Positions 17,830 through 27,410 of a stretch of DNA of 32,000 bases are shown piece by piece (positions within the stretch are counted from its first letter, which is position 1; each line of letters starts with the position of its first letter). A model generated the notes under the pieces. That model was given only the letters and a program-made list of their open reading frames with translations, was not told where the DNA came from and made no database searches. Both the position numbers and the translations under genes were made by a program. This stretch comes from Methanococcus maripaludis (GTDB taxonomy: Archaea > AGJL01 > Methanococci > Methanococcales > Methanococcaceae): NCBI RefSeq assembly GCF_002945325.1, contig NZ_CP026606.1, positions 420,001-452,000 on the forward strand. Direction: 5' to 3'.

Positions 17830-18564
17830 ATGGAAAAAAAATGTTTTGAAAATCATGGTGGATCTAAAAAAGTAAGGGTATCTGAAATAGGCTCCAAAAG
17901 GGGGTACCCAATATCTTATACAGCAGTATCAAAACCCGAACACTACGAAGATATAGATATAATTTCCACAATAAACAGCGCAATTCTAAATCAGAAACCA
18001 TACAAACTTTTACAAAGTGATTTCAAGGTAAAAATTCGAAAAAACAGGATTCCTAAACTTTCAGTAATCCTTCTTGATTCGAGCGGGAGTATGGGAATCT
18101 CCAAAAGAATCGGGATTGCCAAGGGAATCGTGGACCGTTACGCTGATGATTCCTACGTAAAAAGAGAATATATCTCAGTGATATCTTTTAGGGGGCGTGA
18201 AGCTATAGTATTGTCCCCATTTACAAGAAAATATAATTTAATTAAGGCTCAGTTGGACTCCATAAAAACAGGAGGTAAAACTCCACTTTCTTCAGCACTT
18301 AAAGCTGCATTAAACATTTCAAAACAGTTTAGGAATAAAAACAAAAAATCTTCAGTTGAATTTATACTGATAAGTGATGGAAAAGCGAATGTTCCCATTA
18401 AAAAAGACATAAAATACGAAATCGAAGAACTTTCAAAAACCATTCAAAAAAGGAAAATTTCATTTAAAATATATGATATCCGGAATAAAGGGGTAATCGA
18501 TCCATCTATATCCTATTTGGACAAGATATCAGAAATTACGAATGCTGAAATGGAAAATATATAA
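17830..18564 (+). CDS. von Willebrand factor A (vWA) domain protein, ChlD/BchD C-terminal type; probably the 3' part of the same disrupted gene
   Basis: MIDAS motif LLDSSGSM (DxSxS), then GGKTPL and LISDGKANVP. Its reading frame is open upstream to 17662, inside the A9 run. Confidence 0.75.
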   Translation: MEKKCFENHGGSKKVRVSEIGSKRGYPISYTAVSKPEHYEDIDIISTINSAILNQKPYKLLQSDFKVKIRKNRIPKLSVILLDSSGSMGISKRIGIAKGIVDRYADDSYVKREYISVISFRGREAIVLSPFTRKYNLIKAQLDSIKTGGKTPLSSALKAALNISKQFRNKNKKSSVEFILISDGKANVPIKKDIKYEIEELSKTIQKRKISFKIYDIRNKGVIDPSISYLDKISEITNAEMENI

Positions 18565-18661
18565 TTAATACGGAATTTTTACTACTTTTTTAGAAAAATT
18601 ATAGTTTTTTTAGTATGATTGCAATTACCATATTTAAAAAATATTAAAATTAATTTTGGAA

Positions 18662-19618
18662 TCAGCCAAGCAATAAAAACGCCCCGATTATTAATATATC
18701 GATGGCAAATGTAATACTTGCATTTATCATGACGATTTTAGTTCCCAATTTCGGCCCGAATAATGAAACATGCAATGGAAGAGAGTGTTTTGCATATCTT
18801 GTTGAAAGTGATATAACATTTGCAAAGATTAATCCAATTATCACGTCTTTTGAACTCAAAACCCCTTTTTCCAAAAGCCCACTTCCCATTACCATTGCTG
18901 CCTGAACATTGATTAAATCTGTGAGAATTAAAATTCCAACACTCGGATCAAGATTCAAATATCCTGTAACGGGATTTATAATCAGTTTTATGACTTCAAA
19001 AACTCCTAAATTTGAGAAATAGATGACAATAAACATTGTGACAAACATTATGGGAAGGATTCGTTTTGAAACCCTTAAAGTACTCTCAAACGATTTTTTC
19101 ATGCTTTTTTTAATATTCTTTTGTTCTTCATTTTTTGGTTCATATTCTACCGTATTTTTCGAGACTAGCGCTAAATAACATAAACCAATAATTGTTTTTA
19201 CCATTGCAACCCCCGACCGGATTAAAATATATATAACGCCAGTCATTCCGAGTAGGGGTATTGCAATTGGTATAAAAAATGTAAATGTGTGTGAAAATAT
19301 TGAGGGAAATGAATTTGCAAGGGAGCTTCCAATGAGTTCTTTTTCGTTGACTTTTTTATCATTATATCCTTCAGCAAGTATTGAATAGCCCACAGTAGGG
19401 CTAAAAAAACATGAAAGTATTGAATATAATGAAAGCTGATTCATTTTTAGATGTTTTGTAAAAGGATATAAAAAATTACTTACTTTTTTCATTATTCCAG
19501 TATTTATCAGGCAGTTCATGATAAACATTGTAAGAAGAACCACTGATGATAGTTTTATTGTATACAGCGCCGCACTTAATAGAGAATTGCCCAATATTGA
19601 AAAATCAAAAATGTTCAC
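18662..19618 (-). CDS. Polytopic membrane protein, nucleoside-recognition (Gate) domain-like
   Basis: 318 aa with about 8 TM and resemblance to FeoB-C/SpmA-type Gate-domain proteins (by eye, moderate). GTG start with GGTGG 4 nt upstream. Confidence 0.65.
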   Translation of the reverse strand: MNIFDFSILGNSLLSAALYTIKLSSVVLLTMFIMNCLINTGIMKKVSNFLYPFTKHLKMNQLSLYSILSCFFSPTVGYSILAEGYNDKKVNEKELIGSSLANSFPSIFSHTFTFFIPIAIPLLGMTGVIYILIRSGVAMVKTIIGLCYLALVSKNTVEYEPKNEEQKNIKKSMKKSFESTLRVSKRILPIMFVTMFIVIYFSNLGVFEVIKLIINPVTGYLNLDPSVGILILTDLINVQAAMVMGSGLLEKGVLSSKDVIIGLIFANVISLSTRYAKHSLPLHVSLFGPKLGTKIVMINASITFAIDILIIGAFLLLG

Positions 19619-19713
19619 TGAACCACCATAGTTAATATAAAGTAATAAAAAATATAATATCTTATTATTTAAAGTCTTTTAAAAATAAAAATAATATTTT
19701 AAATCGTAAAAAT

Positions 19714-20889
19714 TTGATTCGAATACCTAAAACAATAACTCGTTGTGATATATTGCTAAAAACAGAAAACTTAACTGTTGGATATAACGATTATGTGGTT
19801 GTTGAAAATGCAAATCTCGAAATAAAAGAGGGCGAAATATTATGCATAATCGGTCCAAACGGGGTTGGCAAATCAACACTTCTAAAAACTATTGCAACAT
19901 ATTTAAAGCCAAAAACAGGCGTAGTTTATTTAAACGCTGAAAAAATTCATGAATTAAAGCCAAAAGAACTTGCAAAAGAAATGGCAGTTGTATTAACTGA
20001 TCGGGTTAATCCTGGAAATATGACTGGTTTTGATATAATTGCAATTGGAAGGCATCCATATACTGATCTTTTTGGCAGATTATCTGATGAAGATAAATTA
20101 ATTGTTACAAATGCTGCAATATCAGTAAATGCTGAACATCTTCTTTCAAAAAATTTCTTTGAGATGAGTGATGGTGAAAAACAAAAAATTATGATTGCAA
20201 GAGCAATTGCACAAGAGCCAAATGTACTGATACTGGATGAACCGACCAGTTTTTTGGATGCAAAACATAAAATTGAGTTAACTCTTCTTTTAAGAAAACT
20301 GGCCACTGAAAAAAATCTTGCGATAATTGTAACTTTGCACGATATAGAATTGGGTTTAAGAATAGCGGATAAAATGGCACTCATTAAAGACCATAATATA
20401 ATCGCTTATGGGTACCCTGAAGAGATAATGGATAAAAAAACAGTCAATTCGCTTTATGATTTGAAAAACGCCAATTATAGTAATTTAATTGGATATTTTG
20501 AGTTAAAAAATGAATTTAACGATAAAAAAAATGGAAATAAAAAAGTATTTGTAAACTGCGGGGGAGGAAGTGGTTCTGGAGTATTAAGATATTTGGTAAA
20601 AAATGGGTATGACATTACTGTTGGAATCTTGCAAAAAAACGACATTGACTATGCAGTAGCAGAATCTATGGAATTAGATATTATTTGCGAAGAAGCATTC
20701 TGTAAAATTTCAAATGAAAAATTGGATGAAGCATTTAAGGAACTAGAATCCGCAGATGTATTTATAAACACGAACTACCCTGTTGGCGACATGAATATTT
20801 TAAATTTAAATCTCGTGGAACAAGCTCAAAAATTGGGTAAAACAGTCATCAACTATGATGGAAATATTCAATGTTTAAAAGACATTTAG
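19714..20889 (+). CDS. ABC transporter ATP-binding protein (FecE/FepC/BtuD-like) with an extra ~130-aa C-terminal domain
   Basis: L.TENLTVGY, Walker A GPNGVGKST, signature MSDGEKQKIMIARA and Walker B LILDEPTSFLD. The C-terminal domain has CGGGSGSG (Rossmann-like loop). The true start may be the TTG at 19753 (MLKTENL). Confidence 0.85.
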   Translation: MIRIPKTITRCDILLKTENLTVGYNDYVVVENANLEIKEGEILCIIGPNGVGKSTLLKTIATYLKPKTGVVYLNAEKIHELKPKELAKEMAVVLTDRVNPGNMTGFDIIAIGRHPYTDLFGRLSDEDKLIVTNAAISVNAEHLLSKNFFEMSDGEKQKIMIARAIAQEPNVLILDEPTSFLDAKHKIELTLLLRKLATEKNLAIIVTLHDIELGLRIADKMALIKDHNIIAYGYPEEIMDKKTVNSLYDLKNANYSNLIGYFELKNEFNDKKNGNKKVFVNCGGGSGSGVLRYLVKNGYDITVGILQKNDIDYAVAESMELDIICEEAFCKISNEKLDEAFKELESADVFINTNYPVGDMNILNLNLVEQAQKLGKTVINYDGNIQCLKDI

Positions 20890-20952
20890 AACCATATTAA
20901 CAAAGAATTATTTTTTTCATTTATTAATTTTTATACCATTTTTTAATCGTAC

Positions 20953-20970
20953 TTATCTTTATAAAGATAA
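20953..20970. promoter_or_regulatory. Perfect 18-bp palindrome TTATCTTTATAAAGATAA containing a TATA-like core; candidate operator/promoter of the binding-protein gene
   Basis: The sequence is self-complementary across 20953-20970 and lies about 80 nt upstream of the 21052 start. Confidence 0.3.
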
Positions 20971-21051
20971 CTTGACAACTTTTAAATAGTACTTGATTAC
21001 TCATACTATTTGATACTATATTTTTAATATTATTATTACGAAGGTGGTAAT

Positions 21052-22323
21052 TTGAAAAAAATAATGGCGCTATTAATGCTTGCTATGATTGCATTTATGC
21101 CGTCAATCTCCGCCCAAGCTATTGGAGACGTTAACGGAGACGACAGCATCAGTATTGCAGACGTAGTTTATCTTTTTAAACACAGAAATGTCGGATTAGA
21201 TGTCGGGGATTTAAACTGTGACAATTCCGTAAACGTTGTTGATGTAGTTTATTTGTTTAAAAATTACGATACTTTTAGGGATCCAGTCGTATTTGCAGAA
21301 ACTTTTGAAATGGACCCTAACTGGGATAATGGTTACTGTTATGTCAAAGATTCAGTAGGTAATGAATTTGTTTTATTAAAAGAAGGAGCAACCGATCCTC
21401 AAATTGAAGGAGCAACTGTGATAACTGCCCCCATAAACAGTCTTGCATGTACCCAATATTCACCAGTGCTTTCAACTGCAGATGTTTTGAATAATGCTGA
21501 CGTATATGACACGATTGATGGAATTGGAAACTGGGATACAACGAATTCGGAAGAAATCTATTCACGCTATTTAAATAATGAAACAATTACTGTGGGCGGC
21601 ATAACGGATATAGATTACGATAAAATCGCTATTTTAAATCCTGATGTGGTATTTTTAGGTAGCTGGGATGATCATGATGTTGCAGAAAATAAATTGGAAA
21701 CTGAACTTGGAATAGATGTAGCCCGATTTTATACTTACGATGAAAAAACATACCTTGGAAGAATCGAATGGGCTAAATTCGTTGCTGCATTCTGGGGCGA
21801 TTCAAATTCAGATGCAATTGAACAGTATTTCCAAGATGCGTGGCATAAAAGAAATGAATTAATTAGGACTGCATCTACGGCAGATGACTATCCAACAGTG
21901 GTATATGTTATGCCTGTAGATTACGGAGGATTAACTTACTACCTTTACGGTTCTCAAAACTATAACAATAAAATGATTACCGAATTTGGTGGAGAAAATA
22001 TATTTAACGACATTCCTGGATCTAGCAGTCTTATTATTGATGCAGAAACATTCTACGAAAGAGCTGCAAGTGCAGACGTTGTTATTTATATGGGAATGGA
22101 ATATTACGGAATAGAATCTAGAGATGATTTATTGCAGTACGATCCAAATCTTGCAAGTTTTGAATCACTTTCTAACGGAAAATTATACATTCCTGTTACA
22201 TCTTATTATCTAGATGAAGCAAAAGATCCGGCAAATTACATGGAAGACTTTGCAAGAATGATCCATCCTGAATTATATTCCGGAGGAGATTCTAGCTTAA
22301 CTTATTTCAATAAAATCGAATAA
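21052..22323 (+). CDS. Secreted dockerin-repeat protein fused to a class III (FecB/BtuF-like) ABC substrate-binding domain
   Basis: Signal peptide, then two dockerin type I Ca-binding repeats (GDVNGDDSISIADVVYLFK and GDLNCDNSVNVVDVVYLFK), then a Peripla_BP_2-like body (DYDKIAILNPDVVFL). AGGTGG lies 4 nt before the TTG start. Confidence 0.75.
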   Translation: MKKIMALLMLAMIAFMPSISAQAIGDVNGDDSISIADVVYLFKHRNVGLDVGDLNCDNSVNVVDVVYLFKNYDTFRDPVVFAETFEMDPNWDNGYCYVKDSVGNEFVLLKEGATDPQIEGATVITAPINSLACTQYSPVLSTADVLNNADVYDTIDGIGNWDTTNSEEIYSRYLNNETITVGGITDIDYDKIAILNPDVVFLGSWDDHDVAENKLETELGIDVARFYTYDEKTYLGRIEWAKFVAAFWGDSNSDAIEQYFQDAWHKRNELIRTASTADDYPTVVYVMPVDYGGLTYYLYGSQNYNNKMITEFGGENIFNDIPGSSSLIIDAETFYERAASADVVIYMGMEYYGIESRDDLLQYDPNLASFESLSNGKLYIPVTSYYLDEAKDPANYMEDFARMIHPELYSGGDSSLTYFNKIE

Positions 22324-22327
22324 TTAA

Positions 22328-22348
22328 TTTTTTAATATACTCTTTTTT
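22328..22348 (+). terminator. Two T6 runs after the binding-protein gene (oligo-T terminator candidate)
   Basis: T6 at 22328-22333 and T6 at 22343-22348, within 25 nt of the stop. Confidence 0.3.
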
Positions 22349-22589
22349 ATGTTGAATAAAATTTTATATTTCTAAAAATTAAACTCTCAAAAATTTTCAA
22401 CATCAAGCTGCCTTTTGTATTTAACTTTTTTAAAAAAGACTAAAATTTTTTAATATTTTTAATCAGTTTAATTATTTTATATTCTGTTTTTTAAAATTTA
22501 AAAAAAGAGAAAAAGAATTTCAAAAATTAATATTTAAGTCGGATTAATTTGGAAGTTTGATTCAAGTTTGAACTGGCGAAAAAGAAAAA

Positions 22590-23138
22590 TTAATCATTTG
22601 TTTTTCTCTGCATTACTGTAGACTGAATCTTTTCCATCCAATCAGGAATTTTAACTCCCTCCGCAGGATAAAACTCCCCAACATGCGGTTTGATATCGAG
22701 GACTGGGCTGCCGTCGATGGCATCGAGACCTGTGACATGTAATGTTGTGCCTTCCTTTCCAACTAGGCGGACAACAGTTGTGAGAATCGGATTCGGACGA
22801 GCAGGACTGCAGGTGGAGAAGAGTCCCACTAGCGGGTATTCGGGATTTCCCATCGGGTGGACTTTTTTGATATCACGGGCTTTTCGAGGGACATCATGGG
22901 CCCAGTAGATGATCTTGATATGGGAATATTCCTCTATTCCTTCGAGATGTTCTGCGAGGTCCCTGTTAAGGACGACATCAGAAATCGTCTTTTCGGTTTT
23001 TCGAACCTCATCAATAGTCGGAGCGATGTCGTCTCGCATCTTGATGCCTGTTTCATCGGCAATAAGAAAAGGCTGCTTAGTAATACTGCGGACCACACCA
23101 ATCGGGTGCAAGGTGATATCATTAAATTGTGTATCCAT
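22590..23138 (-). CDS. TsaA/YaeB (TrmO-like, UPF0066) family protein
   Basis: PIGVVRS, FSTCSPARPNPI..TVVRL and L.V.GLDAIDGSPVLDIKP are hallmark TsaA-like blocks. A strong AAGGAGG lies 7 nt upstream of the ATG. G+C is much higher than in neighbouring sequence. Confidence 0.85.
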   Translation of the reverse strand: MDTQFNDITLHPIGVVRSITKQPFLIADETGIKMRDDIAPTIDEVRKTEKTISDVVLNRDLAEHLEGIEEYSHIKIIYWAHDVPRKARDIKKVHPMGNPEYPLVGLFSTCSPARPNPILTTVVRLVGKEGTTLHVTGLDAIDGSPVLDIKPHVGEFYPAEGVKIPDWMEKIQSTVMQRKTND

Positions 23139-23371
23139 AATTAGCCTCCTTTTCCCATAAATTTGATAATAAATACTTTATTTTTGTTTTTAGCAGGTAT
23201 TTATTGCTTATTTAACATAATTATCGGCGGAGAATTATATATGTTTTTTGATTTGTTTCAACATTTTCAACCAAGAATATCGATTTTAATCATTTTCAGT
23301 ATGTTTTTTAGTTGGAAGAAACGTCCTGTTAGGCCATATTTCGGAGTGGTAATTAAATTAGCAATTTCCAT

Positions 23372-23416
23372 ATTTTGTCAGATTAACTGCGTTAGATTAA
23401 TTATTTGGAAAAGAAG
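23372..23416 (+). repeat. Direct repeat copy A (45 nt; 25-nt exact core TTAGATTAATTATTTGGAAAAGAAG)
   Basis: Position-by-position comparison with 27604-27648 gives 40/45 identity. The last 25 nt are identical. Confidence 0.85.
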
Positions 23417-23429
23417 AAGTTAAGAACAG

Positions 23430-23453
23430 TTGATTGATTGAATATTCAAAAAT
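23430..23453 (+). repeat. Palindrome-centred motif copy 1: TTGATTGATTGAATATTCAAAAAT (contains the 12-nt perfect palindrome TTGAATATTCAA)
   Basis: 22/24 identical to 26373-26396. Confidence 0.75.
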
Positions 23454-23487
23454 GGGGGTAAGTATATATTTATTTTTCACGAAAAAA

Positions 23488-24759
23488 CTATATATCTAAA
23501 TCAATAAACTTCCAGAAAGGAACGGCTTTAACCAGTATACCATCTTCGGTTATTTCTTTCTCTAAATCAAATGTTATCAGATATAATTCATTGCATTTTA
23601 TTTTCTTCCCGATTTTAACGAGTTTTTTAATTTCCCTATCGTAATTTTCAAAATTCAAACTGTAACAGACGTTTATTAATTTTGAAACATGTTCATTTTG
23701 TTTAACTAAAAAGTCAACTTCACCGATGTCGTCTTCATAGTAAAAGAGTTCTTGATTTTCAACTAATCCTCTTCTTCTTAATTCAATAAAAACTGCATTT
23801 TCAAGGTATTTTCCAATATCGCTTGAATTTTTAAAGTCGTACATTTTTATAAAGCCATTATCGATCACGTATGACTTCATCAAACTTAAACTGCTTTCTT
23901 TTAAACTGTAAGCGTATTTTTTTAACGGAAATATCACGTAAGAATCATTTAAATGGCTCAAATATTCGTATAGGGTGTTTTTACTTACACTAACGCCCAT
24001 AGATTTAAAGTGATTTGCAAGTTTATTGATAGAAACTTTTTTCGTGTTTGAATTGATTAAAAATTTTAAAAATAACCTCAATGAATCGGTATTTTTCACA
24101 TTGTACCTTTCAATAATGTCTTTATAAACTACCATATCAAGATAGTTTTTCAAAATATCTTCACGATTTTCTTCTTCGAGTACAATTTCTGGAAATCCGC
24201 CATAATTTAAGTAATTTTCCAGGTTATTTAATAAATTAGCATGTTCTTGTTCAGTTAAAATATCTGTTAACGTTATATTCTTAAAATCAAGGTATTCTTT
24301 GAAAGATAAGGGAAATACTTCAACACTTAAACTTCTTCCTCGAAGTTGTGTTGCAATCTCTTTTGAAAGTAATTTTGAAGATGATCCGGTCAAATAAACT
24401 TTATAATCTTCTTTTTCAACCAATCTCTTTATAACAAGTTCAAAGTTTTCAATTTCCTGAATTTCGTCAAAAAAGAACGTTATTTTTTTATCAGGGTAAA
24501 TTTCTTTTGAAACTTTTACAATTTCCCGCAATGTGTCGAGAGTTACTGGAAATACCCTATCATCATCAAGTGGAAAGAATATTGCATTTTCAGTTTCTTT
24601 GAATAATTTCATCAATATGGATGTTTTTCCAGATCTCCTTATTCCTACAACTGCAAGAGCTTTGTTTGTTTCAGGTAGGATTACACTTCTTTCATTTAAT
24701 GATATTTCTCTTTGTTCATATTCTTTAATTATTGATTTTATGATATCTCGAAGTTCCAT
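23488..24759 (-). CDS. AAA+ ATPase (AAA_14 plus DUF4143-type architecture)
   Basis: Walker A GIRRSGKTS, Walker B FFFDEIQ, and a C-terminal region typical of the widespread archaeal/bacterial DUF4143 ATPases (GGFPE..., EVDFL). Confidence 0.85.
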   Translation of the reverse strand: MELRDIIKSIIKEYEQREISLNERSVILPETNKALAVVGIRRSGKTSILMKLFKETENAIFFPLDDDRVFPVTLDTLREIVKVSKEIYPDKKITFFFDEIQEIENFELVIKRLVEKEDYKVYLTGSSSKLLSKEIATQLRGRSLSVEVFPLSFKEYLDFKNITLTDILTEQEHANLLNNLENYLNYGGFPEIVLEEENREDILKNYLDMVVYKDIIERYNVKNTDSLRLFLKFLINSNTKKVSINKLANHFKSMGVSVSKNTLYEYLSHLNDSYVIFPLKKYAYSLKESSLSLMKSYVIDNGFIKMYDFKNSSDIGKYLENAVFIELRRRGLVENQELFYYEDDIGEVDFLVKQNEHVSKLINVCYSLNFENYDREIKKLVKIGKKIKCNELYLITFDLEKEITEDGILVKAVPFWKFIDLDI

Positions 24760-24967
24760 ATTTTCTCACCCAAATATTTACCTAATCATGAGTAAATAAA
24801 ATACAATTATTTACTTATCTATAGGTAAAGGTATTTAAATGTTTTAGAAATTGGCGATATTTGAACTATCAATACACTAAAAACAAAGTTTTTTGTGTTA
24901 ATAAATCTTTGATTTATATAATCTATCAAAATGTAATGAATTGATAGAAAATGATAGTTGATAATTT

Positions 24968-26257
24968 ATGAAACTTCCAGAAATTCCAAAATATTCAAAA
25001 GAAAACATTGATATTGCAATTAAATACGTACCAAATCGGGAAATAATTGATATTGTCCAAAAATACAATGAAAAGTATCTTCATTTTAATGAATTAAAAC
25101 ATAAAACACTTCCGATAGATCCAGTTATTATCTGGACAATAATGAAAATGTTTAGAATGAATAATTTAAAATCAATACATTTTGGAAAATGGACATTTAA
25201 TTATTCTTTAATCGATGAATTCATTGAAAAGCTGCATACCCTCGATAAATCGGCATCTGGAAACCTTTCAACTGCACTCGAATCTATTCCAAGTGAAAAA
25301 GAACGATATATTATAGACTCATTGATGGAAGAAGCAATTGCTTCAAGCCAGATTGAAGGGGCAGTAACTACGAGAAAAGTAGCGAAGGAAATGCTAAAAA
25401 AAGGCCAAAAACCAAAAAATAAAGATCAAAAAATGATCCTTAATAATTACAATACGATGAAATACATCCTTGAAATAAAAAATAAAGAATTTTCTATTTC
25501 TGAAATATTAAAAATTCATAAAATTATCACTGATGGAACGCTTGAAGATCCCGAATTTGTTGGAAAATTTAGAAAAAACAATGAAATTGCAGTTTATTCT
25601 ACTGATGGAACACTGCTTCACGAACCTCCAAAATACGAGCTGGTTGAATCATTAATGAATAATTTATGTGAATTTTCAAATTCAAAAGACAAATTCATCC
25701 ATCCAATAATAAAGGGAATCATAATCCACTTTTTAATTGGCTATATTCACCCATTCAACGATGGAAACGGCATAACTGCAAGATCCCTATTTTACTGGTA
25801 CCTTTTAAAGAACGATTACTGGTTATTTGAATATATGGCAATTTCAAGAGTAATTAATGGATCAAAAGGACAGTATCGGGACGCTTATTTAAAAACGGAA
25901 TCAGATACTTTTTATAAAGACGATAAAGGAGATTTAACATATTTTATAAAATACAACCTGGAATGCATCTGCAGATCCCTTGATGAAATATTGGATTATT
26001 TAAGTAAAAAACAGGTTGAACAAAAAGAAGTTCTAAATCTTATAAATAAATCAGAAGATCTTAATTTGCGTCAGGCCGAGATTTTAAAAGAGATTTTAAA
26101 GACTCCTGAAAACATAATTACAATTAAAGAAATCGTTACAACATATAACGTAGCTTACGCAACCGGAAGGGCAGATTTAAACCATCTTGTGGAATTAGGA
26201 TATCTGGAAAAGAAAAAAGCTGGAAAAGAATTTGTGTATGTTTTGAATAAAAAGTGA
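24968..26257 (+). CDS. Fic-domain protein (class II, intrinsic inhibitory helix) with a C-terminal winged-helix
   Basis: The Fic motif is HPFNDGNGITAR, against the canonical HxFx(D/E)GNGRxxR. An upstream SSQIEG matches the (S/T)xxxE(G/N) inhibitory motif. The C-terminus is wHTH-like (YNVAYATGRADLNHLVELGYLEKKK). Confidence 0.9.
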   Translation: MKLPEIPKYSKENIDIAIKYVPNREIIDIVQKYNEKYLHFNELKHKTLPIDPVIIWTIMKMFRMNNLKSIHFGKWTFNYSLIDEFIEKLHTLDKSASGNLSTALESIPSEKERYIIDSLMEEAIASSQIEGAVTTRKVAKEMLKKGQKPKNKDQKMILNNYNTMKYILEIKNKEFSISEILKIHKIITDGTLEDPEFVGKFRKNNEIAVYSTDGTLLHEPPKYELVESLMNNLCEFSNSKDKFIHPIIKGIIIHFLIGYIHPFNDGNGITARSLFYWYLLKNDYWLFEYMAISRVINGSKGQYRDAYLKTESDTFYKDDKGDLTYFIKYNLECICRSLDEILDYLSKKQVEQKEVLNLINKSEDLNLRQAEILKEILKTPENIITIKEIVTTYNVAYATGRADLNHLVELGYLEKKKAGKEFVYVLNKK

Positions 26258-26372
26258 ATTTTACTAGTTGATATTAAATTTTGAAAAGGTTTGGGATTAG
26301 ATATTTACCTGCCAGCAGGCAAATTAAATGGTTCTATCAGGGAATATTTTAAAAATTAGAAATTAAAGACTT

Positions 26373-26396
26373 TTGATTAATCGAATATTCAAAAAT
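26373..26396 (+). repeat. Palindrome-centred motif copy 2: TTGATTAATCGAATATTCAAAAAT
   Basis: 22/24 identical to 23430-23453. It shares an exact 14-mer TCGAATATTCAAAA with 31673-31686. Confidence 0.75.
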
Positions 26397-26619
26397 TGAT
26401 TAAAAATAGTTTGATTTTCCCCCAAATTTGATTGGATACCGTGTGTTTTGAAAACAGTTTTTAATAGTTTAAAAATAAACCAGACGTTAACTTTATAAAT
26501 TAAGTATTTTCAAGATATGCTGGTAAGAAGATGTCAAATTTTGTTTGATACATATAGACACGCCTTGTGTTAAACTTTCTTGCAAATGAATTCAATTTTA
26601 AAAAACACAGGGTGAGCAT

Positions 26620-27096
26620 ATGATCCACAATAAAACCGAAAATTTAATTCATACCTTTTTTTACGTTTGTTTTATGGCATTTGTAATGACCACATATAAT
26701 TTGGTATTACACCAAGGCTTTTCTGCAGAAGTTCTCAAAGTGAGCTGGTTAAGTTTCCCACTTACGTTCATAGTTGCATTTACGCTTGAATATTATGTTG
26801 TTGGAAGACATGGTATGAAATTAGTGTTTAAATTACACAAAGATCATCACACAGCGTTTCAAAAAAGAGCGATAGCTGCGTTAGTTATTGTTTCAGGAAT
26901 GGCTTCTTTGATGTCATTGTATGGATCCATTTTAACAGTTGGATTTTCAAACGAGTTACCGCTAACATGGGGCCATAACTTGGTTATTAACTTTTTATTT
27001 GCTTATCCTTTAATCGTATTCGTTGCAGGGCCGCTTGTGGGCTTTGTTTTTAGAAAAATTTTTCCAGAAGGATGTATTATCGATGTTGCAAAATAA
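26620..27096 (+). CDS. Four-TM membrane protein, DUF2798-like
   Basis: 158 aa with two similar halves, each of 2 TM. The N-terminal pattern (F..CFMAFVMT.YN..L..GFS) resembles DUF2798 as I recall it. Confidence 0.55.
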   Translation: MIHNKTENLIHTFFYVCFMAFVMTTYNLVLHQGFSAEVLKVSWLSFPLTFIVAFTLEYYVVGRHGMKLVFKLHKDHHTAFQKRAIAALVIVSGMASLMSLYGSILTVGFSNELPLTWGHNLVINFLFAYPLIVFVAGPLVGFVFRKIFPEGCIIDVAK

Positions 27097-27410
27097 ATAT
27101 ACTTTTTTAAAAGAAATTAATCATTTAATTTCTTTTCAAACCAGTTTTCTGCTAAAAATGAGAATAAAAACTTTTCCTAATGTCATTATATGAGCGTTAT
27201 TAGATTTTTCAAAAAATACTCCGATTACTTGATTTTTAGATCATTCCGTATCAGAAAATTTAATTAGAAAAATAAAATATTTTTGTTTCGGGGAGTCCAA
27301 TAAATCTTTTTGATATGTTGCAGACTAATAAAATTGTGATCGTTTTGTATACATAGATCTAATTCAATCAATCTGAATGTTTAAGTAATGCTATTTTCAA
27401 AAATTATATT

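Noticed and set aside
19711-19725. TTCGAAT (T-loop-like) sequence as a hint of a tRNA gene or tRNA-derived att site
   Set aside because: The surrounding sequence is AT-rich with no acceptor, D or anticodon stems. It lies in the 5' end of the ABC ATPase ORF. I found no tRNA anywhere in the window.
22690-23160. Four overlapping ORFs (22690-22908 +, 22857-23144 +, 22909-23160 +, 22934-23122 -) within the TsaA-like gene
   Set aside because: They are a by-product of locally high G+C, which leaves few stop codons. Only the 22590-23138 minus frame has family motifs and a strong SD.
23163-23423. 86-aa + strand ORF ending inside direct-repeat copy A
   Set aside because: TTG start, no SD and a phenylalanine/isoleucine-rich product. 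The matching repeat copy B has a stop in the corresponding frame, so the shared sequence is not conserved as coding.
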